Source: an uncultured Acidobacteriota bacterium
GTDB taxonomy: Bacteria > Acidobacteriota > Polarisedimenticolia > J045
Reading direction: 5' to 3'
Assembly (NCBI GenBank): GCA_963702425.1
Contig: CAVPCQ010000036.1
Location: 1-64,000, forward strand
DNA length: 64,000 bases
Shown here: piece by piece, positions 20,423-31,046 of the stretch
How the letters are laid out: every line of letters begins with the position of its first letter
Position numbering within the stretch: position 1 is the first letter of the stretch
Program-made: the position numbers and the translations under genes
The notes under the pieces: model-generated
The model's input: only the letters and a program-made list of their open reading frames with translations
Told to the model about the DNA's origin: nothing
Databases searched by the model: none

Positions 20423-21396
20423 GGGGCCCCCGCGGCGCGGCCGGGCACCGGCTCGTCGGCCAGCGTCCTCAGGAACAGGTCCTCCAGCGTCTCGCGCTGC
20501 GGCGTGAGCATCACCGGGTGGGCCCCGGCGGCGCGAACGGCGGCGAAGATCTCCTCGGCCTCGCGCGTCGCCGGGAAGCGCCAGAGCCGCTCGTCGCCCC
20601 GCTCGGAGACCAGCTCCGCCCCGGCCACCGCGCCGCCGCCGCGGGTCTCGGCCTCCCAGCCGCGCACGCGGCGCGAGGCGAACAGCTCGCTGACGGTTTC
20701 CAGCGCCCGCAGCTTCCCGTCCTTCAGGATGGCCACCCGGTCGCAGAGCATCTCGGCGTCGGTCAGCACGTGCGAGGAGAAGAGGACCGTCGTCCCTTGC
20801 TCCCGCAGCGCCAGGATCAGGTCGCGGAACTCGCGCCGGCCGACCGGGTCGAGCCCGCTCATCGGCTCGTCGAGGATCACGAAGCGCGGCCGCGCGACCA
20901 GTGCGCGCGCCATCCCCGCGCGCTGCACCATCCCCTTGGAGTACTTGCGCAGCTTGCGGTCGGCGGCCGCCGCCAGCCCGACCTGCTCGAGCAGCCCGCC
21001 CGCGCGGGCGCGCAGTTCGGCCGCCGGCAGGCCGTGAAGCCGCCCCGCGAACTCGACCAGCTCGAGGCCGGTCAGGTCGTCCGGGAAGTAGGGCGATTCG
21101 GGCAGGTAGCCGGTGCCGCGGCGCGCGGCGGGGTCGGCGGCGGAGAGGCCGCGGAGCGTCACCTCGCCGGCATCGGGGAAGATCAGGCCGAGAGCGAGCT
21201 TGATCGCGGTCGTCTTGCCGGCGCCGTTGGGGCCGAGCAGCCCGAGGATCTCGCCGGCGCGGACCTCCAGCGCGAAGCCGTCGAGGGACTTGAACGGCCG
21301 CTGCCAGAAGTGCGTCTTGTAGCTCTTGCTGACCCCCCGGTAGACGAGAGGGGCTGGACCGTCCATGGCATCGCTCCCCGGCAAGCCGCGCTCCAT
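20419..21396 (-). CDS. ABC transporter ATP-binding protein (PilH-like)
   Basis: [31 protein letters not shown]. Confidence 0.9.
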   Translation of the reverse strand: MERGLPGSDAMDGPAPLVYRGVSKSYKTHFWQRPFKSLDGFALEVRAGEILGLLGPNGAGKTTAIKLALGLIFPDAGEVTLRGLSAADPAARRGTGYLPESPYFPDDLTGLELVEFAGRLHGLPAAELRARAGGLLEQVGLAAAADRKLRKYSKGMVQRAGMARALVARPRFVILDEPMSGLDPVGRREFRDLILALREQGTTVLFSSHVLTDAEMLCDRVAILKDGKLRALETVSELFASRRVRGWEAETRGGGAVAGAELVSERGDERLWRFPATREAEEIFAAVRAAGAHPVMLTPQRETLEDLFLRTLADEPVPGRAAGAP

Positions 21397-21426
21397 GAAA
21401 GACTTATGCCCCTCGAAGGGGGCGTG

Positions 21427-22644
21427 TCAAGCGGCGCTCCGCGCGGCCGGTCCCGCTGCCGGGAGGCCTGCTTCGCGGGCCAGCCGCAGGTACAGCGCCT
21501 CCTGCTGCCGGACCATCTCGGCGATGTCCCAGCGCGGCGCGTCGGCCGCCGCGGCCTCCCCCATCCGGCGCCGCCGTCCGGGGTCGGCCAGCAGCGCGGC
21601 GATCGCCGCCCCCAGCTGCGCGGGATCGCCCGGCGGACAGAGCAGGCCCGTCACGCCGTCCTGGACCGCCTCCGGCGTGCCGTCGACCGCGGTCGCCACG
21701 ATCGGCACGCCGGCCGCCATCGCCTCGGGGACGACCATCGGGAGCCCCTCGTGCAGCGACGACAGCACGAACAGGTCGAGGTCGCCGACGACCACTTCCG
21801 GGTCGCGCCGCCAGCCGAGCAGGTGGAAGCGATCGGCGATCCCGGCCTCGGCCGCCGCGCGCTCGACCTCGGGCCGCAGCACGCCGTCGCCGACCAGCAC
21901 GAAGTGCGCACCCGGGACGCGCCCCGCGGCGTGGGCCGCGGCGCGCACGTAGTCGAGCGGCGCCTTCTGCGGCTTGAGGCAGCCGACCATCCCGGCCAGC
22001 GGCGTCGCCTCCGTCAGCCCCAGCTCGGCCCGCAGCCGCCCGGTGCGCCGCGCGCCGGCGAAGCGCGCCGTGTGCACCCCCGGCCGGATGATCGCGAAGG
22101 CCTCGTACGGTGCGATCTCCTCGCGGGCGCCGGCGCGGGCGTTGGCCGCCGAGACCGCGACGAGCTGCGTCGTCAGCCGCGCCGCGGCGCGCTCGAGCCC
22201 GACGTAGAGCGCGTGCGCGCGGCGCGATTGCCAGGGGTGGAAGCCCCAGCCGTGCACGGTGTGGACGACGATCGGCACACCGGCCGCAACCGCCGCGAGA
22301 CGCCCCAGGATCCCGGCCTTGGACGAGTTGGTGTGGACGATGTCGGGCCGCTCGCGGCGGAACAGCCCGACCAGCTCGGCGAAGGCCAGCGCGTCGTCGG
22401 CCGGGCGGACCTCGCGCACGAGGTGCGGCACGGAGAAGAACCGGGCGCCTTCGATCCGGCGCGCGTCGTCGTCGAGCAGCCCGCCCGGTCCGGCCGCCAG
22501 GCGCGGCGCGAAGCGGCGGCGATCGAGCCGGGCGACGCTGTCGAGCGTCAGCTCCTGTGCCCCGCCCAGCTCGAGCATCGTGATCAGCTGCAGGACGCCG
22601 AGCGGGCGGTTGTCCGCGCGCGTCGGCTGCGCGACTTCGCTCAT
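21427..22644 (-). CDS. GT4-family glycosyltransferase
   Basis: LGGAQ, HTNSSKAG, HTVHG, LKPQK, SLHEGLPMVVPEAMAAG. Confidence 0.9.
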   Translation of the reverse strand: MSEVAQPTRADNRPLGVLQLITMLELGGAQELTLDSVARLDRRRFAPRLAAGPGGLLDDDARRIEGARFFSVPHLVREVRPADDALAFAELVGLFRRERPDIVHTNSSKAGILGRLAAVAAGVPIVVHTVHGWGFHPWQSRRAHALYVGLERAAARLTTQLVAVSAANARAGAREEIAPYEAFAIIRPGVHTARFAGARRTGRLRAELGLTEATPLAGMVGCLKPQKAPLDYVRAAAHAAGRVPGAHFVLVGDGVLRPEVERAAAEAGIADRFHLLGWRRDPEVVVGDLDLFVLSSLHEGLPMVVPEAMAAGVPIVATAVDGTPEAVQDGVTGLLCPPGDPAQLGAAIAALLADPGRRRRMGEAAAADAPRWDIAEMVRQQEALYLRLAREAGLPAAGPAARSAA

Positions 22645-23978
22645 CCGCGCCGCTCCGCCGCGATCGCCTCGGCGGCTTCCTGCCCGTCGAGCAGCGCGCG
22701 CTCCATGTAGCTGTAGGTCCAGGCCCCGAAGCGGCCGATCGAGCGGATCCCAACCTTGGCGAGGCGCCGCATCGCGGCCTCGACCGTCGGCGTGCAGCGG
22801 CGGTCGAACAGCACGTAGGCCGGGTCGAGCAGCGCCGCCTCGGCGTGCACGAGCCGGTCGGCCGGCCGCAGGATCCCGGCCCGCTCGAGCCCGGCACGCG
22901 CCTGCGCCACGAGCGACTCCGTCGGCGGCAGCGGCGTCCCCGGCCGGTGGTGGAACTCGACCGACAGCGACGAGCAGCCGGCCGGCGCCAGCGAGCGCGA
23001 GACGTTCGACGGGAAGCCGACGCGGTAGAACGGGACGTCCAGGTCGGGGAAGTAGATCCAGTGCGCACCGTCCGCGATCGCCTCGCGCTCGACCCCCAGC
23101 TCGAGGTCGACGACCGCGCTCCAGCGCAGCGTCCCCGCCATCTCGGCCAGCGTCATCCCGAGGCCCGGGCAGCCGTCGACGCCGCGGACCCGCTGCAGCA
23201 GGTACGGCAGCGGCAGCGTCGAGACGACCTGCTCGAACGGGATCACCTCCCCGCCCTGCAGCACGACGCGCCGCTCCCGGGCGTCGAGTGAGACGACCGC
23301 GGCGCCGCAGCGCAGGTCGTCCGCGACGCGTTCGGCCAGCGCCTCGGCGAGGATCCCGATCCCGCCCTCTTTCGGGTAGCGGAAGCTCGGGTTGTAGCCC
23401 ATCCCGGCGTTCCTGATCCCCAGCGCGCCGTTGACGACCTGCGCCAGATCGGGCCGCGGCACGGCCCACGAGACCCACTCCGAGGTCAGCTCGTCCGGCG
23501 CGCAGCCGAAGAGCTTGGTGTTGTACGGGATCATGAAGCCTTCGGCGATCCCGGCGCCGAAGACGCGCCGCGCCCACTCGCCGAACGGCAGCTCCTCGGG
23601 CCGCTCGGGGAGCGGCGTCTTCGCGGCCTCGACGAAGTCGACGAGCATCGTCGCGACCGCCTCGGGCGGCAGGCCGTGGAGGTTCGCCTGGTAGGGGAAG
23701 TCGAGCATCGCCCCCCGGGAGTGGATGAAGGCGCGACGCTCGACCTGCATCATCCGCTCCCCGACCAGCTCGTCGACGAAGGCGATCGTCGCGGGGTCGC
23801 GCAGGTGCAGGTAGTGGCCGGTGAAGTCGAACGTGAAGCCGCCGGCGCGGCGCGAGCGCGAGAGGCCGCCCGGGACGGCTTCCTTCTCGAGGACCAGGCG
23901 CGGTACCTCCGGCAGCAGGCGCCGCAGGTGGTGCGCCGTCGCCAGCCCCGCGAGGCCGCCGCCCAGGACCAGGATCAT
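22641..23978 (-). CDS. FAD-dependent oxidoreductase (protoporphyrinogen oxidase/UDP-galactopyranose mutase-like)
   Basis: GGGLAGL, GGLSRS...GFTFDFTGH, FRYPKEGG, GRFGAWTY. Confidence 0.8.
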   Translation of the reverse strand: MILVLGGGLAGLATAHHLRRLLPEVPRLVLEKEAVPGGLSRSRRAGGFTFDFTGHYLHLRDPATIAFVDELVGERMMQVERRAFIHSRGAMLDFPYQANLHGLPPEAVATMLVDFVEAAKTPLPERPEELPFGEWARRVFGAGIAEGFMIPYNTKLFGCAPDELTSEWVSWAVPRPDLAQVVNGALGIRNAGMGYNPSFRYPKEGGIGILAEALAERVADDLRCGAAVVSLDARERRVVLQGGEVIPFEQVVSTLPLPYLLQRVRGVDGCPGLGMTLAEMAGTLRWSAVVDLELGVEREAIADGAHWIYFPDLDVPFYRVGFPSNVSRSLAPAGCSSLSVEFHHRPGTPLPPTESLVAQARAGLERAGILRPADRLVHAEAALLDPAYVLFDRRCTPTVEAAMRRLAKVGIRSIGRFGAWTYSYMERALLDGQEAAEAIAAERRG

Positions 23979-24036
23979 CGAGGCTCCGCGCCCGTGCCGG
24001 TGCTCGGATCAGTGTCCGGGTGCGTGAGCATCGCGC

Positions 24037-25065
24037 TCATAGTGCCATGTCGATCGACTTCAGCCAGAGCGCCAGCCCGAGCGCCGCGACCAGCAGCGCC
24101 CCGAGGATCCCGAGCGCCCAGGCCGGCGGGACCATCGTCAGCGCCAGACCCGCCCCACCGAGCAGGACGCTGGCCGCGACGTTGGCGCGCACCGTCGCCG
24201 GCACCGACAGCCGCCAGCGCCGCAGCCGCAGCGCGACATGGTCGGGGCTGCCGAGCATCACCGGCATTCCGCGCCGCCAGCGGATCCAGATCACGAACAG
24301 CATGTCGAACAGCGGCACCCCGAGGATCAGCAGCGGGGCCAGCACGCCGAGCGGGTCGATCCGGGTGTAGGAGTTGGCGATCGCCAGCGCGCCGAGCAGG
24401 AAGCCGGTGAAGAGGCTGCCGGTGTCGCCGAGGTAGATCTTCGCGGGGTGCACGTTGTAGCGCCGGAAGCCGATCAGCGCCCCGGCGAGCGCCGCGCCCA
24501 GGAAGGCGGTCGTCAGCCGCCCGTCGGCGAAGGCGATCACCCCGAAGAAGGCCGCCGCCACCGCGCCGACCCCCGACGACAGCCCGTCCATGATGTCGAT
24601 CAGGTTGAAGGCGTTGGTCGCGGCGACGATCCAGAGCACGCTCAGCGGGATCGCGACCCAGGCCGGCAGGTAGGTCAACTGGATGTAGACGCCGGCCTTG
24701 ACCAGCACCAGCGCGGCCAGCACCTGGCCCCCCAGCTTGGAGCCCGGGTCGAGCCGCACCAGGTCGTCGATCAGCCCCAGCACCAGCATGATCGAGCTGC
24801 CGAGCAGGATCGCCAGCCCCGCGTGATCGAACTGGTAGGTCAGGCCGAGCGCGAACAGGACCCCCAGCGCCACCGCCAGCCCGCCGAGGTAGGCCACCGG
24901 CTCGCGCTGCGTCTTGAGTCGGCCGTCCGGCGCGTCGACGATCCCCAGCCGCAGCGCCGCGGCGCGCAGCCGCGGCGTGGCGAAGAGCGCCGTGAAGAAG
25001 GCAACGGCGAAGGCCAGCACCATCTGCACGTCGTCGCGCAGGAGATCGGGCGGCAACGGGCTCAC
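24037..25065 (-). CDS. MraY/WecA-family undecaprenyl-phosphate sugar-phosphate transferase
   Basis: YLGGLAV, GLIDD, NAFNLIDIMDGL, IYLGDTGSL. Confidence 0.9.
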   Translation of the reverse strand: MSPLPPDLLRDDVQMVLAFAVAFFTALFATPRLRAAALRLGIVDAPDGRLKTQREPVAYLGGLAVALGVLFALGLTYQFDHAGLAILLGSSIMLVLGLIDDLVRLDPGSKLGGQVLAALVLVKAGVYIQLTYLPAWVAIPLSVLWIVAATNAFNLIDIMDGLSSGVGAVAAAFFGVIAFADGRLTTAFLGAALAGALIGFRRYNVHPAKIYLGDTGSLFTGFLLGALAIANSYTRIDPLGVLAPLLILGVPLFDMLFVIWIRWRRGMPVMLGSPDHVALRLRRWRLSVPATVRANVAASVLLGGAGLALTMVPPAWALGILGALLVAALGLALWLKSIDMAL

Positions 25066-26066
25066 GGCATCGCCTCCCGCGGCAGCGGCCAGATGCCGCG
25101 GCGCGGCACGGCGCGGCGCCAGGGGCCGAAGTGCCCGCGGCGCGAGGCGTCGGCGCGGCGCTTGGCCAGCGCGCGGCGAAAGGCGTCGCGGTGGCCCGCC
25201 ACCAGCCGCAGCGCGGCCGGTCTCTTCGCCAGCAGCGCCGACCAGAGCGCCAGGTCGCGCCCGAGGATGAACGGCGCATCGACGAGCAGCGCGCCGAGCC
25301 GATCGTGGCGCAGCATCGCCAGGTAGCGGTTCTTGACGATGTGCGCCGTCAGCCAGGCCGGCCGCGCGACGGCCCGGCCGAGCGCCCCGGCCGCGGCCCC
25401 GCCGCTGCGCAGGTGGACCGCGGTCGCACCGGGAACGTAGACCGCCGACCAGCCGGCCCGCCAGGCGCGCCAGCCGACCTCGAGGTCCTCGTGGAAGGCG
25501 AAGTAGTCGGGGTCGAAGAAGTCGTCGCCGTCGCTGACGTCGTCGATCATCGCGCGGCGGTAGAGCGCGGCCGCGCCGCAGGCCGAGAGGACCGGGCCCG
25601 CGCACTCGGCCGACGCCGCGAGCGGCGCGCCGTAGCCGCGGTCGATCACCTTGCGGCTGCGCGCCAGGAACTGCCCGGCGCTGTCGACCGTCGTCCCGTC
25701 GGCGCGCATCAGCCGCCCGGCGACGATCCCGACCCGCGCGTCGTCGAAGGCCGGCAGGGCGCGCACGAGGAAGTCCCTGGCCAGCCGCGCGTCGGGGTTG
25801 AGCAGCAGCAGGAACTCGCCCCGCGCCAGCGCCAGCGCGCGGTTGTAGCCGCCGGCGTACCCCTCGTTGCGCTCGAAGCGGACCACCCGCACCCGCCCCG
25901 GGAAGCGCAGCGCGACCTCGTCCGCGGTCCCGTCCTCCGAGGCGTTGTCGGCGACCAGCACCTCGGGCGTCGCGCCTTCCTGGGCCAGCGCCGAGGCGAC
26001 GGCCTCGCCGACCAGGGAACGTGAGTTCCACGTGAGGATGACGACGCTGACCTTCGGAGCTTCCAT
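25062..26066 (-). CDS. GT2-family glycosyltransferase
   Basis: VSVVILTWN, DNASEDGT, LNPD, GAAALYRR, FHEDLE. Confidence 0.9.
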   Translation of the reverse strand: MEAPKVSVVILTWNSRSLVGEAVASALAQEGATPEVLVADNASEDGTADEVALRFPGRVRVVRFERNEGYAGGYNRALALARGEFLLLLNPDARLARDFLVRALPAFDDARVGIVAGRLMRADGTTVDSAGQFLARSRKVIDRGYGAPLAASAECAGPVLSACGAAALYRRAMIDDVSDGDDFFDPDYFAFHEDLEVGWRAWRAGWSAVYVPGATAVHLRSGGAAAGALGRAVARPAWLTAHIVKNRYLAMLRHDRLGALLVDAPFILGRDLALWSALLAKRPAALRLVAGHRDAFRRALAKRRADASRRGHFGPWRRAVPRRGIWPLPREAMP

Positions 26067-26103
26067 CGCTCGTGGGAACGCTAGGCGCGCGGCAGGCGGG
26101 GGG

Positions 26104-29100
26104 TCAAGGGGCCGCCGCCAGCACCTGCCGCTCGCTCTCGCCCAGGGTCAGCAGCTGGCGCGACCAGGCGCTGTCGGGCCGGGCCCCTTCGAGCGCCGCG
26201 ATCCGGCGGCGCGTTTCGTCGAGCGCGGCCCGCGCGCCGGCGGGGTCGCCCAGCTCGCCGAGCACGCGGGCCAGGTCGACACGCGCCCCGAGGTAGTTCG
26301 GCTCGTCGGCCAGCGCGCGCTCCAGCTCGACGCGGGCGGCGGCGGTGTCGCCGGTGGCGGCGAGCAGCCGCGCGAGGGCCCGGCGGCCCTGCACGTCGCT
26401 GGGGCGGCGAGCCAGAACTTCTCGCCAGGTGCCGAGCGCGGCGCGGCAGGTGTCCTCGGTCGGCAGCGGGCCGAGGCACGCCGCCTGCAGCACGCGCGCC
26501 GCCTCGGCGCGCGGCACCGCGTTGCGCGGCGCGTCGAGCTCGGCCCGGGTGGTGTGGTCGAAGGCGCGGGCGAGGCGCTCGGCCGGCGGGCCGGCGGCAG
26601 CGCGGGCGGCGGCGATCTCGTAGGCCGCGCGCGGGGGATCGAGCGCGGCGGCCAACTCCGGCGCACCGGCGCGCCGGGCGCGGTCGGCGGCCCACGGCCA
26701 GGCCTCGCCGGCGAGCAGCGCGACCAGCGCGGCGACGGAGAGCGCGGCGCGCAGCGCCGTCGAGGGGGTGCGGCGCGCGTCGGGCGGCTGCGCGCGGCCG
26801 GCCAGCGCGCCGAGGAACAGCGCGGCCGTCAGGCCGACCGCGGGGCGCGCACCGAGGAGATCGTCGACCAGCGCGTGGGCGGCCAGCGCCGCCAGGCCCG
26901 CCGCGAGGCCGAGCAGCCAGGGGCGCCCGGCGTCGCCGCGCAGCGCGGAGCGCGCGCGTCCGAGCGTCGGCAGCAGCGCGACCAGGGCGAGCGCCGCGCC
27001 GGCGACGCCGAGCGCGAGCAGCAGCCCGAGCAGGTCCGAGTGCGGCCCGGAGAAAGCGCGTCCGTAGCGCGCGATCGGTCCGGGATCGGGGAAGGCGTAG
27101 GACGGCGCGAGCGGCGCGAAGCCGCCGGGGCCGAAGCCCGCCAGCGGTCGGTCAGGCAGCGCACCGAGTGCGGCCGGCCAGATCGAGAAGCGCGTCCAGG
27201 CGAACGGGGCGCCGCGGGAGAAGCGCCACAGGACCGCCACCGTGCCGACGACGACCCCGCCGCCAGCCAGCGCCAGCGCGGCGCGGCGCGCGGCGCGGTG
27301 CTCGGAGAAGAGGGCCAGCACGGCACCGCCCGCGACCAGCGCGATCAGCGAGGCACGCGCCCCGGCCACCAGCCCAACCGCGGCCAAGATCGCCCCGGCG
27401 GCGAAGCGCCTCCCCGCCAGCCGCTCGCCCGCCCCGCGCCCCGGCAACGCGGAGCCCGACAGTGCGAGCCCGACGGCGACGAGCCAGCTCCCGAGGTGAC
27501 CGGCGTGAAAGAAGTCGGCCACCGGGCGCCCGTCCGCCGAGAGTCCGAAGGGGGGCGGCCAGGCGGCCACGTTGAGCCCGGCCGCCAGCGCCGCGCGCTG
27601 CAGCAGCGCCAGCGCCGCGGCGATCGCGGCCGCGACCGCGGTCAGCGTGACGAGCGCGCGCGGCCAAGCCTCCCGCACGGACGCCAGGCGCCACGACAGC
27701 GCCAGTGCGGCGAGCGCCCAGAGCAGGGCGAGGAGACCGTCCCGCGACGCGGCGCGCTCGGGCGAGAGGGCGGCCGAGAGGGCGGCCCAGAGCGCGAGCG
27801 GGGCCCACCAGAGCAGCCCGGACGGCCATTCCCGGGGGTCCTGCGACGGATCGCTCCCCGGCGCTGCGGGGCGCGGCCAGAGCGCGACCAGGAGCGCCGC
27901 AGCGAGCAGCGCAGCCCGACCGAGCAGCGGCCCGGGGAGCGCCGTCCCCTCGCCCCACGGCGCGAGCAGCACCAGCGCGGCCAGCGCGAGCGCCTCCGCC
28001 GGGGCCGCGCCCTGCGCCGCGCCGGCGGCGAGTCCGATCGGCCCGCCGGGTGGCGCGACCGGCGCAAGCCGGCGCGCCGTGACCAGCGCGGCCGCGGCCA
28101 GCCAGGCGCACAACAGCAGCGTCTCCCATGCGGTCGAGCGCGGCGCGCGCGGCGCGGCTTTCTCGCCGCCGTAGGCCACCGGCGTCGAGAGCATTCCCGC
28201 GCGACGGAACGACTCCTCGAGCGACGCGATCTTCGCGGCGAGTGCGCGGTCCGCCGGGTGGCGAGCCTGGGCCAGCCGCAAGAAGCGCCACGCGTCGCCG
28301 CCGCGCCCGTCGAGCAGCGCGGCCTCGCCGAGCAGCCGCCAGCCCGTCGGCGAGGCCGGGTCGCGCCGCGCCACCCGCGCCGCCAGTGCGGTCGCCCCAC
28401 CGCGCAGCGCCGGATCGCCGGGAGCGGCGGCGAGGGCCAGCGCCGCGGCGCGCGCGGAAACGGTGGTCGAGAACGGGGCCCAGCGCGCCGCGGCGAGCGC
28501 CTCGCGGGCCGCCTCCCGGGCGGCCGGCGCGCCCGCCGCCGCGGGGCTGCCCGCGGCGTACCACCTCTCCTCGGCTCGCTCGAGGCCGCGGCGCGCCAGC
28601 GCGTCGCCACCCAGCACGACGCCGGCAGCGAGCAGCGCGAACGCGGCGACGACGTTCCCGACGCGCGCCCGAGGCGGATCTGCTCCGCCGCCCTCGTCCT
28701 CGCGCGCGAAGGCCAGCCCCGCGAGCGTCATCGCCGCGACCGCCACGCCGGGCAGGTAGGCCGTGAAGTCGACCAGGTTGTGGGCCGCAAAGGCCGCCGT
28801 CCCGGCCAGCGCCCAGCGCTGGTCGGCCGGCAGGCCGGCGCGCGCGCGGCGCACGATCAGCCACGCCGCGGCAGCCAACAGGACGAGTGCCGGAAGCCCC
28901 CCCTCGCCCGCGAGCTGCAGCCAGGAGTCGTGCGCGTAGAGCGTCTCGATGTCCTGCGGCCGTCGCACCGCCGGGTAGAGCGACGCGAAGCTGCCGAGCC
29001 CGGTCCCCGCGACCGGCTGGTGCAACGCGGTCAGGACGCCGCCGCGCCAGTTGCCGGCGCGCATCGCCAGCGGGTGCTCGGGCCGCGAGAGGTCGAAGAC

Positions 29101-29883
29101 CGGCCCGGGACGCAGTGCGACCAGCGCCGCCCCGAGAGCAAGGACGAGAACGAGCGCAGCCCACGCCGCGCGGCGCCGCGCAAGCGTGCGCCACGGAAAC
29201 GCGACCAGCGCGCCCGCGGCGAGCCCCACGAGCCCGCCCAGCGAGCCGGTCGCCACGAGCGCGGCGCCGGCGAGCGCGAGGCCGGGCGCGATCCAGCGCC
29301 ACGACACGCCGCGCGCGGCCAGCGCGAGCAGCGCTGCGAGCGCGAGCACCAGCGCCCCGGCCAGCGCGGCCGGGACGAGGTGCGTCGCGAAGGGACGGTT
29401 CTCGGCGAGCCGCGCGACCACCAGCGCCGGCAGACCCTGCTCGCGCGCGGCGGCTTCTTCGAGCGCGAGCAGGCCAGCCCGCTGCGCGACCGCGAACGCC
29501 CCGAGGCCGGCCCCGACGGCGCCCAGCGCGCCGAGCGGCAGGGTCGCACTGGACCGCCCGACGAGCAGCCCGAGCGCCAGCGCGCCGGCCGGCAGCGCGA
29601 GGCGGGCCGCGACCTCGAGCGTACGCCCGGGCGCCACCGAGACCGCGAGGTTGAAGGCGACGAAGGCCAGTGCGAGCAGCGGCGCTCCGGGAGCCAGCCG
29701 GCGCGGCAGGACCAGCAGCCCGGCCGCGAGCAGGAGCGCGACCAGCGGCCCGGTCCCCGGCTGGACCTCGGGTGGCCAAGCCAGCGCGAGCGCGACCGCC
29801 ACCGCGAGCGCGGCGCCGGCCCAGGCGGCACTCGCCGCGGCGCCGGGCCGGGAGCCTCCTGCTCGCGCCGCGTCGTCCATCAC
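26104..29883 (-). CDS. Tandem double O-antigen ligase (Wzy_C)/TPR membrane protein; putative pilin O-oligosaccharyltransferase
   Basis: Two copies of R...W.......P..G.G.G.F...[AP]H...L motifs, each followed by a TPR-like segment. Confidence 0.75.
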   Translation of the reverse strand: MMDDAARAGGSRPGAAASAAWAGAALAVAVALALAWPPEVQPGTGPLVALLLAAGLLVLPRRLAPGAPLLALAFVAFNLAVSVAPGRTLEVAARLALPAGALALGLLVGRSSATLPLGALGAVGAGLGAFAVAQRAGLLALEEAAAREQGLPALVVARLAENRPFATHLVPAALAGALVLALAALLALAARGVSWRWIAPGLALAGAALVATGSLGGLVGLAAGALVAFPWRTLARRRAAWAALVLVLALGAALVALRPGPVFDLSRPEHPLAMRAGNWRGGVLTALHQPVAGTGLGSFASLYPAVRRPQDIETLYAHDSWLQLAGEGGLPALVLLAAAAWLIVRRARAGLPADQRWALAGTAAFAAHNLVDFTAYLPGVAVAAMTLAGLAFAREDEGGGADPPRARVGNVVAAFALLAAGVVLGGDALARRGLERAEERWYAAGSPAAAGAPAAREAAREALAAARWAPFSTTVSARAAALALAAAPGDPALRGGATALAARVARRDPASPTGWRLLGEAALLDGRGGDAWRFLRLAQARHPADRALAAKIASLEESFRRAGMLSTPVAYGGEKAAPRAPRSTAWETLLLCAWLAAAALVTARRLAPVAPPGGPIGLAAGAAQGAAPAEALALAALVLLAPWGEGTALPGPLLGRAALLAAALLVALWPRPAAPGSDPSQDPREWPSGLLWWAPLALWAALSAALSPERAASRDGLLALLWALAALALSWRLASVREAWPRALVTLTAVAAAIAAALALLQRAALAAGLNVAAWPPPFGLSADGRPVADFFHAGHLGSWLVAVGLALSGSALPGRGAGERLAGRRFAAGAILAAVGLVAGARASLIALVAGGAVLALFSEHRAARRAALALAGGGVVVGTVAVLWRFSRGAPFAWTRFSIWPAALGALPDRPLAGFGPGGFAPLAPSYAFPDPGPIARYGRAFSGPHSDLLGLLLALGVAGAALALVALLPTLGRARSALRGDAGRPWLLGLAAGLAALAAHALVDDLLGARPAVGLTAALFLGALAGRAQPPDARRTPSTALRAALSVAALVALLAGEAWPWAADRARRAGAPELAAALDPPRAAYEIAAARAAAGPPAERLARAFDHTTRAELDAPRNAVPRAEAARVLQAACLGPLPTEDTCRAALGTWREVLARRPSDVQGRRALARLLAATGDTAAARVELERALADEPNYLGARVDLARVLGELGDPAGARAALDETRRRIAALEGARPDSAWSRQLLTLGESERQVLAAAP

Positions 29884-29910
29884 GTCGATTCTCCCCGAGA
29901 CCGGGCCCCG

Positions 29911-29940
29911 AAAAAAGCGAAAGGCGGCCCACCGGCCGCC
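29911..29940 (-). terminator. Intrinsic terminator after the pilins
   Basis: Minus strand GGCGGCC-GGTG-GGCCGCC followed by TTTCGCTTTTTT. Confidence 0.65.
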
Positions 29941-29977
29941 CCTGCGAATCGAGTTGGGCCGCCTGCCGGGCCGCCCG

Positions 29978-30463
29978 TCAGCTCTCCGGGCTGGCCGTGA
30001 AGAGGCCGTCCACCATCAGGATGTCGCACTCGAACTGGCTCCGGGTGGCATTCGAGATGTCGGCCGGCCCGTCGACCCCGTCGCGGCCGAAGCTCTCGAC
30101 GGTGTAGTGCGACTGATCCGTGTTGTAGACCAGGTTGTTCATCCAGGCGTCCTGCACCGACAGGTCCTTGAAGACGTTCGGGCGCAGGGCGTTGCGCAGC
30201 ACGTTCCCCTGGATCCCGTCGGTCGGCAGGTACCCGAAGTCGGCGCCGTAGGCCATGATCGCGCCCGCCACCGACCGGATGTTGGTCATCGTGCGGCGCT
30301 GCCTTGACTTGTCGAGGGCGGATTGGAGGTTGACGACAGCGATCGAGGCCAGGATGCCGATGATCGCGACGACGACCAGGAGTTCCACCAGCGTGAAACC
30401 TCGATCCCTGGGGATGGGCTGACCGTCGGGTTGGCCAGACCTCTTGCTGTGCGGCCGCGTCAT
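29978..30463 (-). CDS. Type IV pilin-like protein (second pilin)
   Basis: RG|FTLVELLVVVAIIGILASIA class III signal. Confidence 0.85.
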   Translation of the reverse strand: MTRPHSKRSGQPDGQPIPRDRGFTLVELLVVVAIIGILASIAVVNLQSALDKSRQRRTMTNIRSVAGAIMAYGADFGYLPTDGIQGNVLRNALRPNVFKDLSVQDAWMNNLVYNTDQSHYTVESFGRDGVDGPADISNATRSQFECDILMVDGLFTASPES

Positions 30464-30556
30464 CGTCGGGCTCCTTCGCATGTGCGCGGTACGCCGGGCC
30501 TGTCGCGGGGCGAAGCGGGGCGCGGGCCGTGCCCGCGCCCCACGTCGCGAATCAGG

Positions 30557-31012
30557 CTAGCGCTGCTGACCTTCCGGCCACTGGACGAACACGCCGTTGC
30601 TGAAGAAGATGTCGGCGTCGAACGTCTGCGTCGGGCCGCCGGTTCCGACGAGGCCATCGTCGACGTTGCCCTTGGCGTAGGACTGGATCGTGTACTCGGA
30701 GCCGTCGGCGCATTCGAACTGCATCACGCCGCTCCAACCGTCCTTGGTCGGGGTCTTCTTGATGTAGGTCGGCTCGATCTCCATCGCTCCCACCGCACCG
30801 TCCACGACGCCGGTGTAGACCGGGTAGAAGTTGAAATCGACGGAGTAGCTCTCGACCGCCGTGCCCACCGACCGCATGTCGGCCATCGTCCGCTTCTGCT
30901 TGCCGCGGTCGATCGCGTTGAGCAGGTTCGGGATTGCGATGGCGGCGATGATGCCGATGATGGCGACCACGATGAGAAGCTCGATCAGGGTGAAGCCACG
31001 GTCCTTCTTCAT
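30557..31012 (-). CDS. pilA: Major type IVa pilin
   Basis: MKKDRG|FTLIELLIVVAIIGIIAAIAIPN; GGAGG RBS; directly downstream of pilR with a sigma54 promoter. Confidence 0.85.
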   Translation of the reverse strand: MKKDRGFTLIELLIVVAIIGIIAAIAIPNLLNAIDRGKQKRTMADMRSVGTAVESYSVDFNFYPVYTGVVDGAVGAMEIEPTYIKKTPTKDGWSGVMQFECADGSEYTIQSYAKGNVDDGLVGTGGPTQTFDADIFFSNGVFVQWPEGQQR

Positions 31013-31046
31013 GCTCGTCACCTCCCTTGGGTTCCGACCTCTCGTT

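Noticed and set aside
25867-30000. Very long antisense or alternate-frame ORFs (e.g. 1377 aa, 1075 aa, 849 aa)
   Set aside because: Arg/Gly/Pro-rich shadow ORFs caused by stop-codon scarcity in high-GC DNA; they overlap well-supported genes.
30557-31012. Conductive e-pilin linked to the multiheme cytochrome
   Set aside because: Mature positions 24, 27 and 32 are L, A and K rather than aromatic, and the pilin is full length.
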